In this document: in pieces, positions 11,445 to 24,420 of the stretch | Numbering within the stretch: the first letter of the stretch is position 1 | How the letters are laid out: every line of letters begins with the position of its first letter | Assembly: GCF_030028105.1 (NCBI RefSeq) | Contig: NC_092383.1 | Location: forward strand, 97,921,604 to 97,985,603 | Origin: Mobula birostris | Lineage: Eukaryota | Reading direction: 5' to 3' | DNA length: 64,000 nt | Position numbers and translations under genes: made by a program | Notes under the pieces: generated by a model | Database searches by the model: none | Seen by the model: the letters and a program-made list of their open reading frames with translations, nothing else | Told to the model about the DNA's origin: nothing

Positions 11445-11950
11445 GCACACACCCGATCACTGGGTATACTGCCCTCACACCTGGTCACTCGGGTACACTG
11501 CCCCCAAACTCCCGGTCATTGGGGTACACTGCCCCCACACTCCCAGTCACTGGGGTACCCTATCCTCCCACACACCCCATCACTGGGGTACACTGTCCCT
11601 GCACACCCAGTTCCTGGGGTACACTGCGCCCCCCCCACACCAAATCACTGGGTCACACTGTCCCCACACACCCAGTCACTGGGTCACACTGTCCCCACAC
11701 ACCCAGTCACTTGGTCACACTGTCTCCACACACCCAGTCAGTCACTGGGTCACACTGTCCCCACCCACCCAGTCACTAGGTCACACTGTCTCCACACACC
11801 CAGTCACTTGGTCACACTGTCCCCACACACCCAGTCATTGTCCAACACAGACAGTTACTGGGTCACACTGTCCCTACACACCCAGTCATTGTCCAACACA
11901 GACAGTCACTGGGTCACACTGTCCTCACACACCCAGTCATTGTCCCCACA
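11445..11950. repeat. 31-bp minisatellite (CCCCACACACCCAGTCACTGGGTCACACTGT)
   Basis: Roughly 15 variably degenerate tandem units; it explains ORF 11416..12057. Confidence 0.92.
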
Positions 11951-13194
11951 CATATGGTTCGTCTTCATTGTCGCTATCTTTCAAGGTCGAGGATGATGGT
12001 CTTCGTTCCATAAATAGCGAAGACGCCTGTGCGTGTATTTGTTTAACGTGTACTTGATGTTGCACTCCAAGAAGCACACGATACTTCACAAATCAACCAA
12101 CTGATTCCAATGGCATGGAAACCACGACGATTGGAGCTGATGGATTGGTTGCTGCCTTCATCCGCCTTCACAGCCGCTGAGTTCGAAGTAACTTCGTCCG
12201 CCTGTTCCACTGTTGAGGTCATGGTTGGAGTACTGGAGTACTCAGTAACATAGGATTACCGGAGGACTCTGTACCCCTCATAACTAGTTACTGGTGTACA
12301 ATGTTCCCTACACACCCACTTACTGGGATTTACTGTCCTCCACACACCCAATTGTGAGATGTGGTGGGGAGACTTTGACTTGTGTGGGTGTGATGTTTTG
12401 CAGGATATTGACCAGTGTGAGAGATAGAGGCAGAGTAACTAAAGTGAGGTTTATGGGACATGTCAGTGGAGATGAGAATGAGGAAGGGAGTCGGGGTGTT
12501 GTGATTTGTGGCAGTCGAGGTGACATTGCAGAGGATGAGTAGGGACCAGATGAACATATCTTACGTTGAGGGTCACTGGGAGATTCTGTGGAGGGGAGGC
12601 CAGGTATCAGTATCACGACTGGAAGCCCTTAACTCTGCTCTCTATCCCACAGACCAAGTGGAGACCCAGCCTTTGGAAAATCAAAAGAAGGAGCCTGCAA
12701 CTGATGCCCCGGAATAGAACCCAGCTCACAGATACCCCCTCCATCGGGACAGCGAGTACCTCTCCAAACTCAATCACTGGGAAACGTTGCCCACACCCTC
12801 CTGGGTGTGTTAGGGGTTAGTCCTCCCCTCTACTGGAACCCCTGCCTTTGTTCAACAATTCCAAATTGCTTTATATACTGTGGGTTCTGCAGTGACTGGT
12901 GATAACCCCACTCCTGGATCTGGGATCCTCTCTACTGCACACAGGCCCATGTCCACTACTCGTCCACCTGACTCTCCCTCCTTTTCCTCCCTGCTGCTCA
13001 GATCTAACACTGCCCACCTTTCCTCCTGACTCTAGTCCTCAGAATTTACAACTTTCTTGTCCTCTCCTGTGTCCCCACTCAAAGCCCTGTGCCTACATCA
13101 TTCCCCAACATCCCCACACTCTGTTATCACAGAATGCTCTGTTCATTTTCTCACGTTTTTTTTTCTCTTCCTCTAACCTACCTGGGTAAAATCA

Positions 13195-14200
13195 ATAAGA
13201 CCACAAGACATTGGTGCAGAATCAGGCCATTCAGCCCATCGAGTCAGCTGCAATATTTGATCAAGGCTGGTCCATTTCCCTCTCAATCCCATTCTTCTGC
13301 CTTCTCCACATAATCTTCCATGCCCTGACTTATCAAGAATCCATCAACCTCAGCCTTGAATATACTCAATGATCTGGCCTCCAAAGCCACCAGTGGTAAC
13401 AAATTCCACAGAAGGAATACCCTCTGGCTAAACAAATTCCTCCTCATCTCCTTTTCAAATAGACATCTCTGTATTCTGACATTGTGACCTCTAGTCCTGT
13501 ACTCTCCCACAATCAGAAACATCCTCTCCACATCCAGTCTATCTAGTACTTTCAACATTCGATAGGTTAGAATGAGGTCCTCCCTCATTCTTCTAAATTT
13601 CAGTGAGTACTGTTCCAGAGCTATAGAATGCTGTTCATATGACAAGACTCTCAAGTCCAGAAACATTTTCTGAACCTCCTCTGAACCCCCTCCAACATCA
13701 GCACATCTTTTCTTAGAGAAGTGCCTTTAGAGAATCCTGCACAAGGAATCACATGCCCCTAGGGTTTTGGCCTGAAACATCAATTGTACTCGTTTCCATA
13801 GATGAGTTCCTTCGATCTCCAGCATCTGCAGAGTTACTCTTGTTTGTGGTTGTATTCCCTTTGCACTTTGCATTTATGAATTTTCTCCCCGTTTAGAAAA
13901 TAGTCTACCGTTTTATTCCTCCTCCCAAAGTGTAGGACCACTTAGTTCCCAACACAATGTTTCATCTGGCACTTCTTTGCCCAGTCTCCTCATCTGTCCA
14001 AGTCTTTCAGCAGCTTCTCTGCCTCTGCAACACTATTTGCCCCTCTAACTACCTTCATATCATCCACAAACTTGCCCACAAAGCCATCAATTCCATCATC
14101 GAAATCATTGATACGCAACGTTAAAAGAATAAGTCCCAACATCGCTACCTGTTGGAACACAATTTGCCAGCAGCAGCCAATCAAAAATGTTCACTGTATT
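13195..14200 (-). mobile_element. CR1-like LINE RT/3' fragments
   Basis: ORF 13283..13666 (YSLKFRRMREDLI) and ORF 13990..14184 (INDFDDGIDGFVGKFVDD). Confidence 0.85.
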
Positions 14201-15139
14201 CATACTTCTTGTCTCCTAATTATCCAATGATCTTCCAATCCCATGTCACCTCTTTTCAAGGATATGATTTATTTTTTATCAACAGGCTGTGCTTCACCCT
14301 CTACCTACCTGCCTGTCATTTCAATACAATGTGTATCCATGGATGTTAAGCTCCTAACAATAACTTTCTTTCAGTTATGACTCAGTGATGCCCACAACAT
14401 CATACCTGTCAAGCTCTAACTGTGCTACAAGACCATCTATCTTGTTTTGCATGCAGCGTGCATTCAAATATAACACCTTCAGTTAGCTGTTTTCCCTTTC
14501 ATAAACTTGTCAGCCCCAGCTGATCAGTCACCCCGAGCTTCAAAATGTACTGCAGCCCCACACTGTAACTTCCTGTTCCCCACCCACAATCCCTCCCGGG
14601 ACATCCCTTCCAATTCTTATTGCCTGATTAACCATTGACATCCTGGAGGACAGTCCCAGAGGTTGGAGCCTGAGCAAAACCCAGGATGTCGGATGTCGTG
14701 AAGGGTCCTGTGAAGCCCCCGCCCCAAGATTCTGGGGCTGTGGACCGCCACACACTGCAAGAGGTTTATTGTTAATATTGTGCACTCCCTGCCAACATGA
14801 ACCAGTGAAGGTTTCACCAGTGAGATCACGCTCAGTCTTTCAGCCCTAGAGATTGGTGATGAGGTATCGGGCAGAGGGCACATTTTTTATCTGTGCACTG
14901 TCAAATTTAATAGCTTGGCCAGCATCTGTGGAGAGTTAATGTTTCAGGTCACACACATCTCTCTCCACAGATGCTGCCTGACTTGCCTCAGGCTTCCAGC
15001 AGTTCCTGATTTTCCTAGGGATTTCCAACCTGTACAATTGCTTTATATTTACTGCTTGAGATTGTCTACTTTATAATAAATTCTTATACAATATTTTCCC
15101 AGACCATTCTGTTGTTGGAGTTTGTTGGGCTGCAGCAGG

Positions 15140-15665
15140 TTTACTCAGATATGGATGGGTGCAGGGCCAGAGGGTGTTAGAGAGATGGATGGGTGGAAGG
15201 CCTGTAGGGGTTTTTACAGAGAGGTGGATAGGTATAGGAGCCAGAAGGGGTTTCACAGAGACGTGATGGGTGTTGGGGCCATAGGGTATGACCGAGAGAT
15301 AAGATGGGTACAGGGCCAGAGGGGATTACAGGGAGATGGATGGGTGGAAAGACTGTTGCTGTCTGGGCCAAAGTGGGATTACTGAGAAATGAATGAATGA
15401 ATGTTAGGGTTGGAGGGGTTACAGTGAAATGGATATTTATAGGGGCCGGAAGGGGTTGCAGAGAGATGGGTGGGTGCAGGGTCTGGAAGAGGTTGTAGAG
15501 AGATGAGTGGGTGTAGGGTCTGGAGGGGGTTACAGAGAGACGGATAGGTATAGGGGCCAGAGGGGGTTTCACAGAGACGGGACGGGCGTAGGGGCCACAG
15601 CGTATTACCGAGAGATGGATGAGTGCAGCGGCCGGAGGGGATTACAGAGAGATGGATGGGATCCA
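15140..15665. repeat. Degenerate G-rich tandem repeat, ~38-40 bp unit
   Basis: GGGGCCAGAGGGGGTTACAGAGAGATGGATGGG-like units recur throughout. Confidence 0.8.
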
Positions 15666-15959
15666 CGGGAAGGACACTGGAATTGAACACTGAACTCTGA
15701 CGCTCTGTGAAGCTCCTCACATCCCACCCTTTCACTGACCAACACCCATATGGCACTCCCTGCCTCCCACCCCCACCCCTGAGATTACTGGGTGACTTCG
15801 GGGTTGGGGAGGAGACACTGAGGACAGATATTGACCCACAGCAGCACCCGTTTGCGTGTTGTCTTCCTTCTCGCACCCTGTTCCATTGCTTCCACTTTCC
15901 TTCCCCCATTTCAGTCCCTGTGGTGCCCTCAGCTCCTCGCTCCCCATCTCCACCGTGGA

Positions 15960-16257
15960 TCGGAGACGCGCGGCGGCGGAAGTTAGCTCATGGCGTTCTG
16001 TAATCTGATTGGACAGCCCATGGACCAGCGCTCTAGGATTGGCCGAAGTGGTTGTGGAACAATCCAATTGAGCACCGTTATTACTGCACATCTGATTGCC
16101 CGTCGCCTGGCTGCCGTGTTTACCGATTGGCTGCTGGAATACCGCACTCCCTGATTGGGTCGGCTGGAGGCAGCGCAACACGCCGCTGACCGGACGGATC
16201 AGGAGCCGCCGGACTGGTTCGCTGATGTGACGGTGACGGTGACCGCAAAGCGACACC
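15960..16257 (+). promoter_or_regulatory. CpG-rich candidate promoter with five CCAAT/ATTGG boxes
   Basis: ATTGG at 16008, 16038, 16126 and 16154; CCAAT at 16064; ETS-like CGGAAG near 15976. CpG density is high relative to the flanks. Confidence 0.55.
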
Positions 16258-16297
16258 ATGGAGCTGTCCCGGACTCTTCGGTTTGCCGTGTTCGCGG
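16258..16297 (+). CDS. Candidate first coding (leader) exon
   Basis: Strong Kozak context ACACCATGG; reads MELSRTLRFAVFA+G, then a phase-1 donor GTGAAG. No downstream partner exon was identified. Confidence 0.3.
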
Positions 16298-16551
16298 GTG
16301 AAGGGGTCCGGGGAAGAGGGTGTATTCGCAGGACACCCTTCCTCCGGTCTGTGGGCGCACCCGTTCCTCTCAGACCGGGCCTTCCCCACAATCCCTCCAC
16401 CCCCACCCCGTCTGTTAGATTCTTCATCTGTCAACAAGGGGAAAATAACTGGGCGAAGGCTGGGGAATAATAAAATAACGGAGGAATTAAACTAATATTG
16501 TTATGCCCATGTTTGTGGGAGACGTAGCCGAGAACCGCTGCCTCTCTGAAA

Positions 16552-16696
16552 NNNNNNNNNNNNNNNNNNNNNNNNNNNNNNNNNNNNNNNNNNNNNNNNN
16601 NNNNNNNNNNNNNNNNNNNNNNNNNNNNNNNNNNNNNNNNNNNNNNNNNNNNNNNNNNNNNNNNNNNNNNNNNNNNNNNNNNNNNNNNNNNNNNNN
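16552..16696. other. Assembly gap (145 N)
   Basis: Run of N. Confidence 1.
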
Positions 16697-16919
16697 ATAT
16701 TGCGGAGGGGTGTTGCCTTTTTAGAAACACAATGCATATTACTTTACTGTAATTATCCTTACTGTAATACTACAGCTCCTGTGTATACTCAGGAAATGTG
16801 TGTTGAAGGACAGGCTATTGGCTTGTTTACTCTGTTACGCAGAGGCTACACTACAGAAAACGGGGGAACTGAATCTCCAGTTGTCATGTCGGAACGGATG
16901 ACTAAGGTTTGAGTTCATA

Positions 16920-18730
16920 CATAGAAACAGAAAACCTACAGCACAATACAGGCCTTTCGACACACAAAGCTGTGCCAAACATGTCCTTACCTTAGAACTA
17001 TCTAGGGTTACCCATACTCTGTTTTTCTAAGCTCCATGTATCCATCCAGGAGTCTCTTAAAAGACCCTATCGTTTCCATCTCCACCACCGCCGGCAGCCC
17101 ATACCACGCACTCACCACTCTCTGCGTAAAATCTTACCCCTGACATCTCCTCTGTACCTACTTCCAAGCACCCTAAAACTATGCCCTCTCGTGCTAACCA
17201 TTTCAGCCCTGGGAAAAAGCCTCTGACAATCCACACGATCAATGCCTCTCATTATCTTGTACATCTCTATCAGGTCACCTCTCATCCTCCGTCACTCCAA
17301 GGAGAAAAGGCCAAATTCACTCAACCTATTCTCATAAGGCACGCTCCCCAATCCTGGCAATATCCTTTTAAATCTCTCCTGCACCCTTTCTATGGTTTCC
17401 ACATCTTTCCTGTAGTGAGGCAACCAGAACTGAGCACAGTACTCCAAGTGGAGTCGAACCAAGTTTCTATATAGCTGCAAAATTACCTCTCAGCTCTTAA
17501 ACTGAATCCCACAGTTGATGAAGGCCAATGCACCGTATGCCTTCTTAACCACAGAGTCCACCTGCGCAGCAACTTTGAATATCCTATGGACTCGGACCCC
17601 AAGATCCCTCTGATCCTCCACACCTCCAAGAGTTTTGTCATTAATGCTATATTCTGCCATCATATTTAACCCACCGAAATGAACCACCTCACACTTATCT
17701 AGGTTGAACTGCATCTGCCATTTCTCAGGCCAGTTTTGCATCCTATCAATGTCCCATTGTAACCTCTTGACAGCCCTCCACACTATCCACAACACCCCCA
17801 ATCTTTGTGTCATCAGCAAATTTACTAACCTATCCCCCCACTTCTTCATCCAGGTAATTTATAAAAGTAAGAAAGAGTAAGGGTCCCAGAACAGATCCCT
17901 GAGGCAACCACTGATGACCGACCTCCATGCAGAACATGACCCGTCTCCAACCACTCTTTGCCTTCTGTGGGCAAGCCATTTCTGGATCCACAAAGCAAAG
18001 TCCCCTTGGATCCCAAGCCTCCTTATTTTCTCAATAAGCCTTGCATGGGGTACCTTATCAAATGCCTCACTGAAATCCATATACACTACATCTACTGCTC
18101 TACCTTCATCAATCTGTTTGTCACATCCTCAAAAATTTATATCAGGCTCGTAAGGCATGACCTGCCTTTGACAAAACCATGTTGACTATTCCTAATCATA
18201 TTATACCCCTCCAAATGTTAATAAATCTTGCCTCTCAGGATCTTCTCCATCAGCTTACCAACCACTGAAGTAAGACTCATTGGTCAAAAACCTAGAAACA
18301 TAGAAACATAGAAAACCTGCAGCACAATACAGGCCCTTCGGCCCACAAATTTGTGACGAACATGTCCCGACCTTAGAGATTACTAGGCTTATCCATAGCC
18401 TTCTATTTTTCTAAGCTCCTTGTACATATCCAAAACTCTCTTAAAAGACCCTATCGTTTCTGCCTCCACCACCGTTGCTGGCCAGTTGCTGGCGGCCCAA
18501 TCCACGCACTCGCCACTCTTTGAGTAAAAAACTTACCCCTGATATCTCCTCTGTACCGACTCCCCAGCACCTTAAGTCCCTGTGTCCTCTTGTGGCAACC
18601 ATTTCAGCCCTGGGAAAAAGCCTTTGACTATCCATATGGTCAATGTCTCTCATCATCTGATACACCTCTTACCAGGTCACCTCTCATCCTCCGTCACTCC
18701 AAGGAGAAAAGTCCGAGTTCACTCAATCTG
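16920..18730 (-). mobile_element. CR1-like LINE (RT to 3' end) plus a second 3'-end copy at about 18292-18727
   Basis: Minus-strand ORFs include DFSEAFDKVPHARL, MQFNLDKCEVVHFG and HLEYCAQFWLPHYRKD. (ATAGAAAC)n tails near 16920 and 18295. Confidence 0.9.
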
Positions 18731-19723
18731 AACAAAGTATTAAAATTTCACAATAAATATAAAGAAATTCGGATAAAATATACTATCAACATTGCATCTA
18801 ATGAAATGTGACAGCTAGATCATATTAAAATGACAAGAAGTAAAATTCAGCGTTTGCCTGACGGAAAGAGGAAATCTGGATGGATTTTTGCAGGCAGCGG
18901 TCTTAGTACGGTTGAAGAAACATATACGTGTTGAGTTGGAAAATTGAATATGTAAGTTAACAGAGCAAACGGAAAAGTTCACCCAAGAAGTGTAGAAAGA
19001 AAACAGTGATAAAATACAAAAACAATATGGGGAGACAGTAAAATGTCTAAAGACCAAGTCTTTGCATTAACTGAAGTGAACCGACTGAAAAAAAAGTATG
19101 TACAGTAATAAGTTTAATTGAATTAAAGTAGATTTGATGGAGATTCAAATATATGAGGCAATAGCAGAAAACTGAACAGCGCCCTCTAGGGGCGATGCTG
19201 CCAGTGACGCTCTCCTTGGGAAACACCCCTCTATGGGACAATCCTCCAATACAGCGCCACCATCCAAACTCCGTACAATTACTGATGGACACAACATTGT
19301 CTCTCAGCGAGCCCTGGCGACTCAGGTTAGGATGACAACGACGAATCAAAAGGTTTAACTGCCATGTCACCAATTGCCCCAATAAAGACCAGGGATGTGG
19401 AGACTGAAGCTATGAATCTGAATCAGAATCAGGTTTAATAGCAACAGCATATGTCATAAAATTTGTTGTCTTTGCAGCAGCAGTACAATGCAATAGATAA
19501 TAATAGAGAAAAAACTGTCAGTTACACTAACTAAATAATTAAAGTAAATAAGTATTGTAAAATAAATATACATAAACAGTAGCGAGGTAGTAAAGGTAGT
19601 GAGTATGAACGGATACAGATTTTTTTTCATCAACTGCCTGAACAGGAAAAGATTGATAAATGATTCAGGGAAGGGGCACATCCCAAACAAGATAGTTGGG
19701 CTGAATTTCAGCATATTAAGTCA

Positions 19724-21788
19724 TTATAATACCTAAATATCTAAAAGAGTCTGTGTCTTTAAAAGGAGTATTATCATACATAGAGATAGAATCATTTAAA
19801 GGAAACAATTCACTTTTACTAAAATTTATTTTATATCCTGAGAAATCAAATTCATTAAATAATTTTAGCGAGGCAGGAATGGATCCGTCAGGGTTAGATA
19901 TATAAACGAATAAATCATCAGCATAAAGAGAGATCTTATGCATGATCTCATTCACATAAATCCCATGGATAATTTTAGCCTCATGAAGAGCAATAGCAAA
20001 GGGTTCTAATCAAGGGGATCTTTATAAAGCCAATTTTGTTCCTTTAGTAGACCCTATGAAGTATTTATTTAGTAGATGGAGTCCACTTACATTTTCACTT
20101 GTTGGTTGTATTCATATAGTTAAAATGATGATTTTACCAAAATTTTTATATTTATTTGAGAATATTCCTGTGTTTTTTTTGACTAGGAAGTTTTTTGATT
20201 GGATTGATTCTATTATTTTATCTTTTATTTGGAATAATAAAAGACCAAGAATTAGTAAATATCACTTACAAAAATTGAAGAAGGATGGAGGTCTAGCTTT
20301 GCCGAATCTAAGAATGTATTATCAGGCTGTTAATATGCGATACATGTCTTTTTGGTTATACTGTGTTGATAAGAGTGATTGGCCAGTTTGGGTAGACCTG
20401 GAAATGAAAGTTGTAAAACAGTTTTATTTAACCTCGTTATTAGGAGCTGCTTTACCTATGCAATTAGTTAAAGTTGTTAATTTAAACCTATATCCTGTGA
20501 TTAAGTATTCTTTACAAATTTGGCTCCAGTTCCGCAATTTTTTTAATCTTAAGAAATTAAAACTTTGTGGTTTAATTTATCAAAATTACTTTTTAAGCCT
20601 TCTTTGAGTGATCCAATTTTTTTACTTTGGGAAAATAAAGGTATTAATTCTTTTTTGGATTTATTTAAAGAAGATAGATTGATGTCTTTTGAATAATTAA
20701 TTGATAAATATTCTCTTTCATACAATTTCTGTAATACCTTCAAGTTAGACATTTTTTTACAAAAGTAGTTGTAATTTTCCCTACATATTGGAGGCTGACC
20801 TGTTAGATACTATTATGTGTATGAATCCTTCGATCAAGGGTTCTATTGGAAGAATTTATAATTTATTATTACAATGGGAGAAGCGTCCTTTATCTAATAT
20901 TAAACAGGATTGGGAAAAGGAAGTTAATTTGACTTTTATGACTGAGGATTTTGTGACTTTTATGACTGAGGATTTTGCGGATTTTGAAGTTGGTTAACTC
21001 TTCTTCAATTTGTGCTAGCCATTCATTGATTCCATTTAAAATTGTACATCGTTATCATTTGAAGAAGGAGAGACTTTCTAAAATCTTTTCTAATGTTGAT
21101 AGTTATTGTGATAGATTTAAAACTGAGATAGCACACTGACACATGTTTTGGTCTTGTTCTACATTGGAATAGTTCTGGAAGTCGTTTTTTCAACAATTTC
21201 TGAAGCACTTAAACTTAATCTACAATCTAATAAATTAACTGTGCTTTTTGGAATAATTCCTCAAAATATTCATGGTATTTCTGTGTCTGACCAGCATGTT
21301 ATTGCATTTGTTACATTGATAGCTAGGAGGGCCATTTTGTTGAAGTGGAAGGATACATCAGCTCCCAATTTGATGGTTCTCTCAAGTGATGCTGTCTTAG
21401 TTTGGAGAAAATTAGAAGTCAGACCTTTGAACCTTTATTTGATCTCGAGAAAAGATGGGGCTCATTTGCTCGTTATTATCATTTGAGATAATTGATATAA
21501 TTTTTCCACTATCTAATTGTAAATTTTTTAGTATATTTTCTTTTCTTGCTGGCGGTGTGATGTTTATTTTTAGAAGCTTTTTGTATGACGCATGGCTCCG
21601 GGATTGTACATCTAATGGGTTCTCTTTTTCTCTCACTATTCTGCTAGTAGGTTATTTTTGTTATCACAAAATGTTTTTTCAATCTGTAAGATAATGTCTT
21701 TTTTGAGACATTGTAAGTGTTGCTACTTCCATGTACTCATGTTCTTATTTCTGTATAATATATAAAAAGATATGAAAAGAAAAGACAA
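19724..21788 (+). mobile_element. L1-clade LINE, 5'-truncated with a 5' inversion; 12-bp TSD CATATTAAGTCA
   Basis: 19724-20011 encodes LEPFAIAL...ISLYADD...FRYLGI on the - strand. From about 20012 the + strand encodes DLYKANFVPL...RWSPL...LPKFLYLF and the ORF2 C-terminus. A-rich tail. TSD at 19712-19723 and 21789-21800. Confidence 0.9.
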
Positions 21789-21999
21789 CATATTAAGTCA
21801 GATACAAATTGAACCTCTTTTATAGCAACTAAATTCTGTCTACCATGTTGCCTTCTCAGCAAATCACACAGTTGACGTGTGGAGTTGATGACACCATAGG
21901 AGATGACAAATCAACATGTACAAGGTGGTGGAAGAATCAGAGGACTAGCGAGTAGCTAATATTGCTCCGTTATTCAAGAATGGAACCATGGATAAACAT

Positions 22000-23070
22000 T
22001 AGCTGAACGTGGAAAGGATAGATCCTCGACTCTCATGATAGTGGTAGGAAACTTGCTGGAGAAGGTTCTTATAGACAGGATTTATGACAATTCGGATAAC
22101 CATAGTCTAATGAGATGTAGCCAGTATGTCTCTGTACGGGACAAATCGTGTCTCTGTAATCTGATTGTGTTTTCTAATGAGGTGACGAGGGTGATTGGTG
22201 AAGGAAGAACTGTGGATATGTGGCGATTGACAGGGTCAATCAGGGGCGGCTCATTCAGAAGATTAAGATGCGTGGGGTCCATGGCGAATAGACCATTTGG
22301 ATTCAGAACTGGCTTGTCCATAGGAGGCAGACGGTAGAGGGAATAGGAGGGAGGAGTGGGGATGGAGAGAAGGACAACATGGGAAAGATGGATGGGGGGT
22401 TTGTGTTGAAGGTAGACTAACTGGATCTCAGACTCCTTCTTCCCGCTGATCCATCCACTGTTCTCACCACGTCCCCCTGTCCCAGATGTTGTGGTCACCC
22501 TTACGAATCTGTGTGGAACCCAGAGACGCCTCTGGAATACATTGGCCTCAACCATAAACATGGTAGCAGAATTAGGCCATTAGGTCCGCCTTTCAATCAT
22601 GGCTGATCCTTTTTCCCTCCCTCAGCCCCACTTCCCGGCCGTCTTCCCATAAGCTTTGGTGCCGTGACCAATCAACAACCTATCTATCTCCGCTTTAAAT
22701 ACACCCAACAACCTGTGCTGTACAGCAACCTGTGATAAAAAATCACCACCCTCTGGGTAAAGAAATTTCTTCACATCTCTGTTTTAAGTGTACGCCCCTC
22801 TGCCCTGAAGCTGTGCTCTCTTGTCCTTGACTCCCCCTCCATGGGAAACAGCCTTTTTATATCTATTCTGTCTAGGCCTTTCAAAATTCGAAATATTTCA
22901 ATGAGATCTCCCATGATCATTCTAAATTCCAGCGAGTAAAAGCCTAGGGCCATCAAACTTTCCTCATATGATAAAACATTCATTCCCAGAAACATCCTTG
23001 TGAACCTCCACTGAAACCTATGCAATTCAGAAAGACCATTAAGTAAGGAGCCCAAAGCTTTTCACCCTCA
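22000..23070. mobile_element. CR1-like fragments (+ strand about 22000-22340; - strand about 22550-23070)
   Basis: Decayed RT motifs in ORF 22035..22337 and 3'-region motifs (GFYSLEFRMIMGDLIE) in ORF 22771..23055. Confidence 0.75.
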
Positions 23071-23424
23071 CCCTCCCTGTCTCTGTGACACCCTCCATAA
23101 CCTGTGCCCTTCGCTGTCCTCATGAACCTTTCCCTCCTCTGCAACCTTCCCTCTCCTGCACACTTCCGGACCTCTGCGATTTTCTCCCCAACATCCAATC
23201 CTCCACGTCTCCATGATCCCCTCCATTCCCTACAGCACTTCTCATCTAAATGACCTCCACCCGACCATTCCAATCTCTGTAATCCTCTCTTTCACAATCT
23301 CTGTGATTTCCTCCCTCCCCTTCAATCCTCTCCATCTTTATGGACTCAATTTATTCCTACACTTTCCCGTCTCTGTGACACCCCACTTCCCTCACACGCC
23401 CCAGTCTCTGTAAACCCTTCCGTC

Positions 23425-23535
23425 TTCTAGTCATAGTCCTCGTCATACTTTATTGATCCCGGGGGAAATTGGTTTTCGTTACGGTTGCACCATAAATAAT
23501 AAATAGTAATAGAACCATAAATAGTTAAATAGTAT
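23425..23535 (-). mobile_element. 3' tail of the Rex1/Babar-like LINE family
   Basis: Reverse complement of 59360-59466, including the (TATGAC)n tail. Confidence 0.8.
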
Positions 23536-23959
23536 ACCCCTCTCTCACTAAAACTCCCCTCCCTGTCTTTGCATTCCCTTTCACCCCTCTCTCGATATCT
23601 CCCTGTAACCCTTCGCTGCGGTCGGCGGCGTAGGTCTGGAGAATGCCATTTCTGGCCCCGCCAAACATCTGAAATTTCAGGTGCAAAACCTTCTGTTTCA
23701 GTGGATGCTGCGTGATTTGTTCCCCTGTTGTAACTCAGTACCATGAAATAACAGGCCATATACCAAATGTAATTAAGCGATTTAGCTTTATAATTCTGAA
23801 TTTCACTAAAGGGTTAGTAAAGAAAACCGAAAAGAGAAGGGCCGTTTTTAATGAGAGAATCTAACGAGCACAGGTTGAAGCTCACCTTTTCCCTATCACA
23901 GCCCGGTACGGAAACACCAATGCGCTGGAAAGGAAAATACGACAAAATGTAGCGGATAC

Positions 23960-24420
23960 GACCCAGTCCATCACCGGAGTAAAGCCCTCCCCACCATTGA
24001 ACCCATCTACACAGAGCGCTGTCACAGGGAAACAGCGTCTACGATCGGGATCACCACATTGCAGACCGTGAGATCTCGCTGCTGCCAGCAGGAAGAATGT
24101 ACAGGAGACGTTTAATTCTCAGCGCTTCGTTCAGGGACAGTTATTATCCTTCAGCCATCAGTTCTGGAACCGATGGTGATAACTTCACTCAACTTCACTT
24201 GCCCCGTCACTGAAAGGTTCCCACAACCTATAGATTCATCTTCAAGGACTCGCGATCTTCTGTTATCGACATTTCTTGCTTATTTATCAGTTATTTTAAT
24301 TCTTTCATGTTGTATTTGCACAGTGTGTTGTCTCTTGCACACTGATCGAATATCCAGTTAGTGCCGTCTTCCATTGAGACTTTTATGGTTAATAATCTAT
24401 TCTGGATATTTTGAGCATGC
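23960..24420 (+). mobile_element. Decayed Rex1/Babar-like 3' fragment
   Basis: CAGTCCATCACCGG...CTCCCCACCATTGAACCCATCTACACAGAGCGCTG resembles the Rex1-type ORF C-terminus and 3' UTR. Confidence 0.6.

Noticed and set aside
11416-12057. 213-aa His/Thr/Pro-rich ORF
   Set aside because: Explained by the 31-bp minisatellite.
16431-16737. ORFs spanning the N run
   Set aside because: Artefacts of translating the gap.
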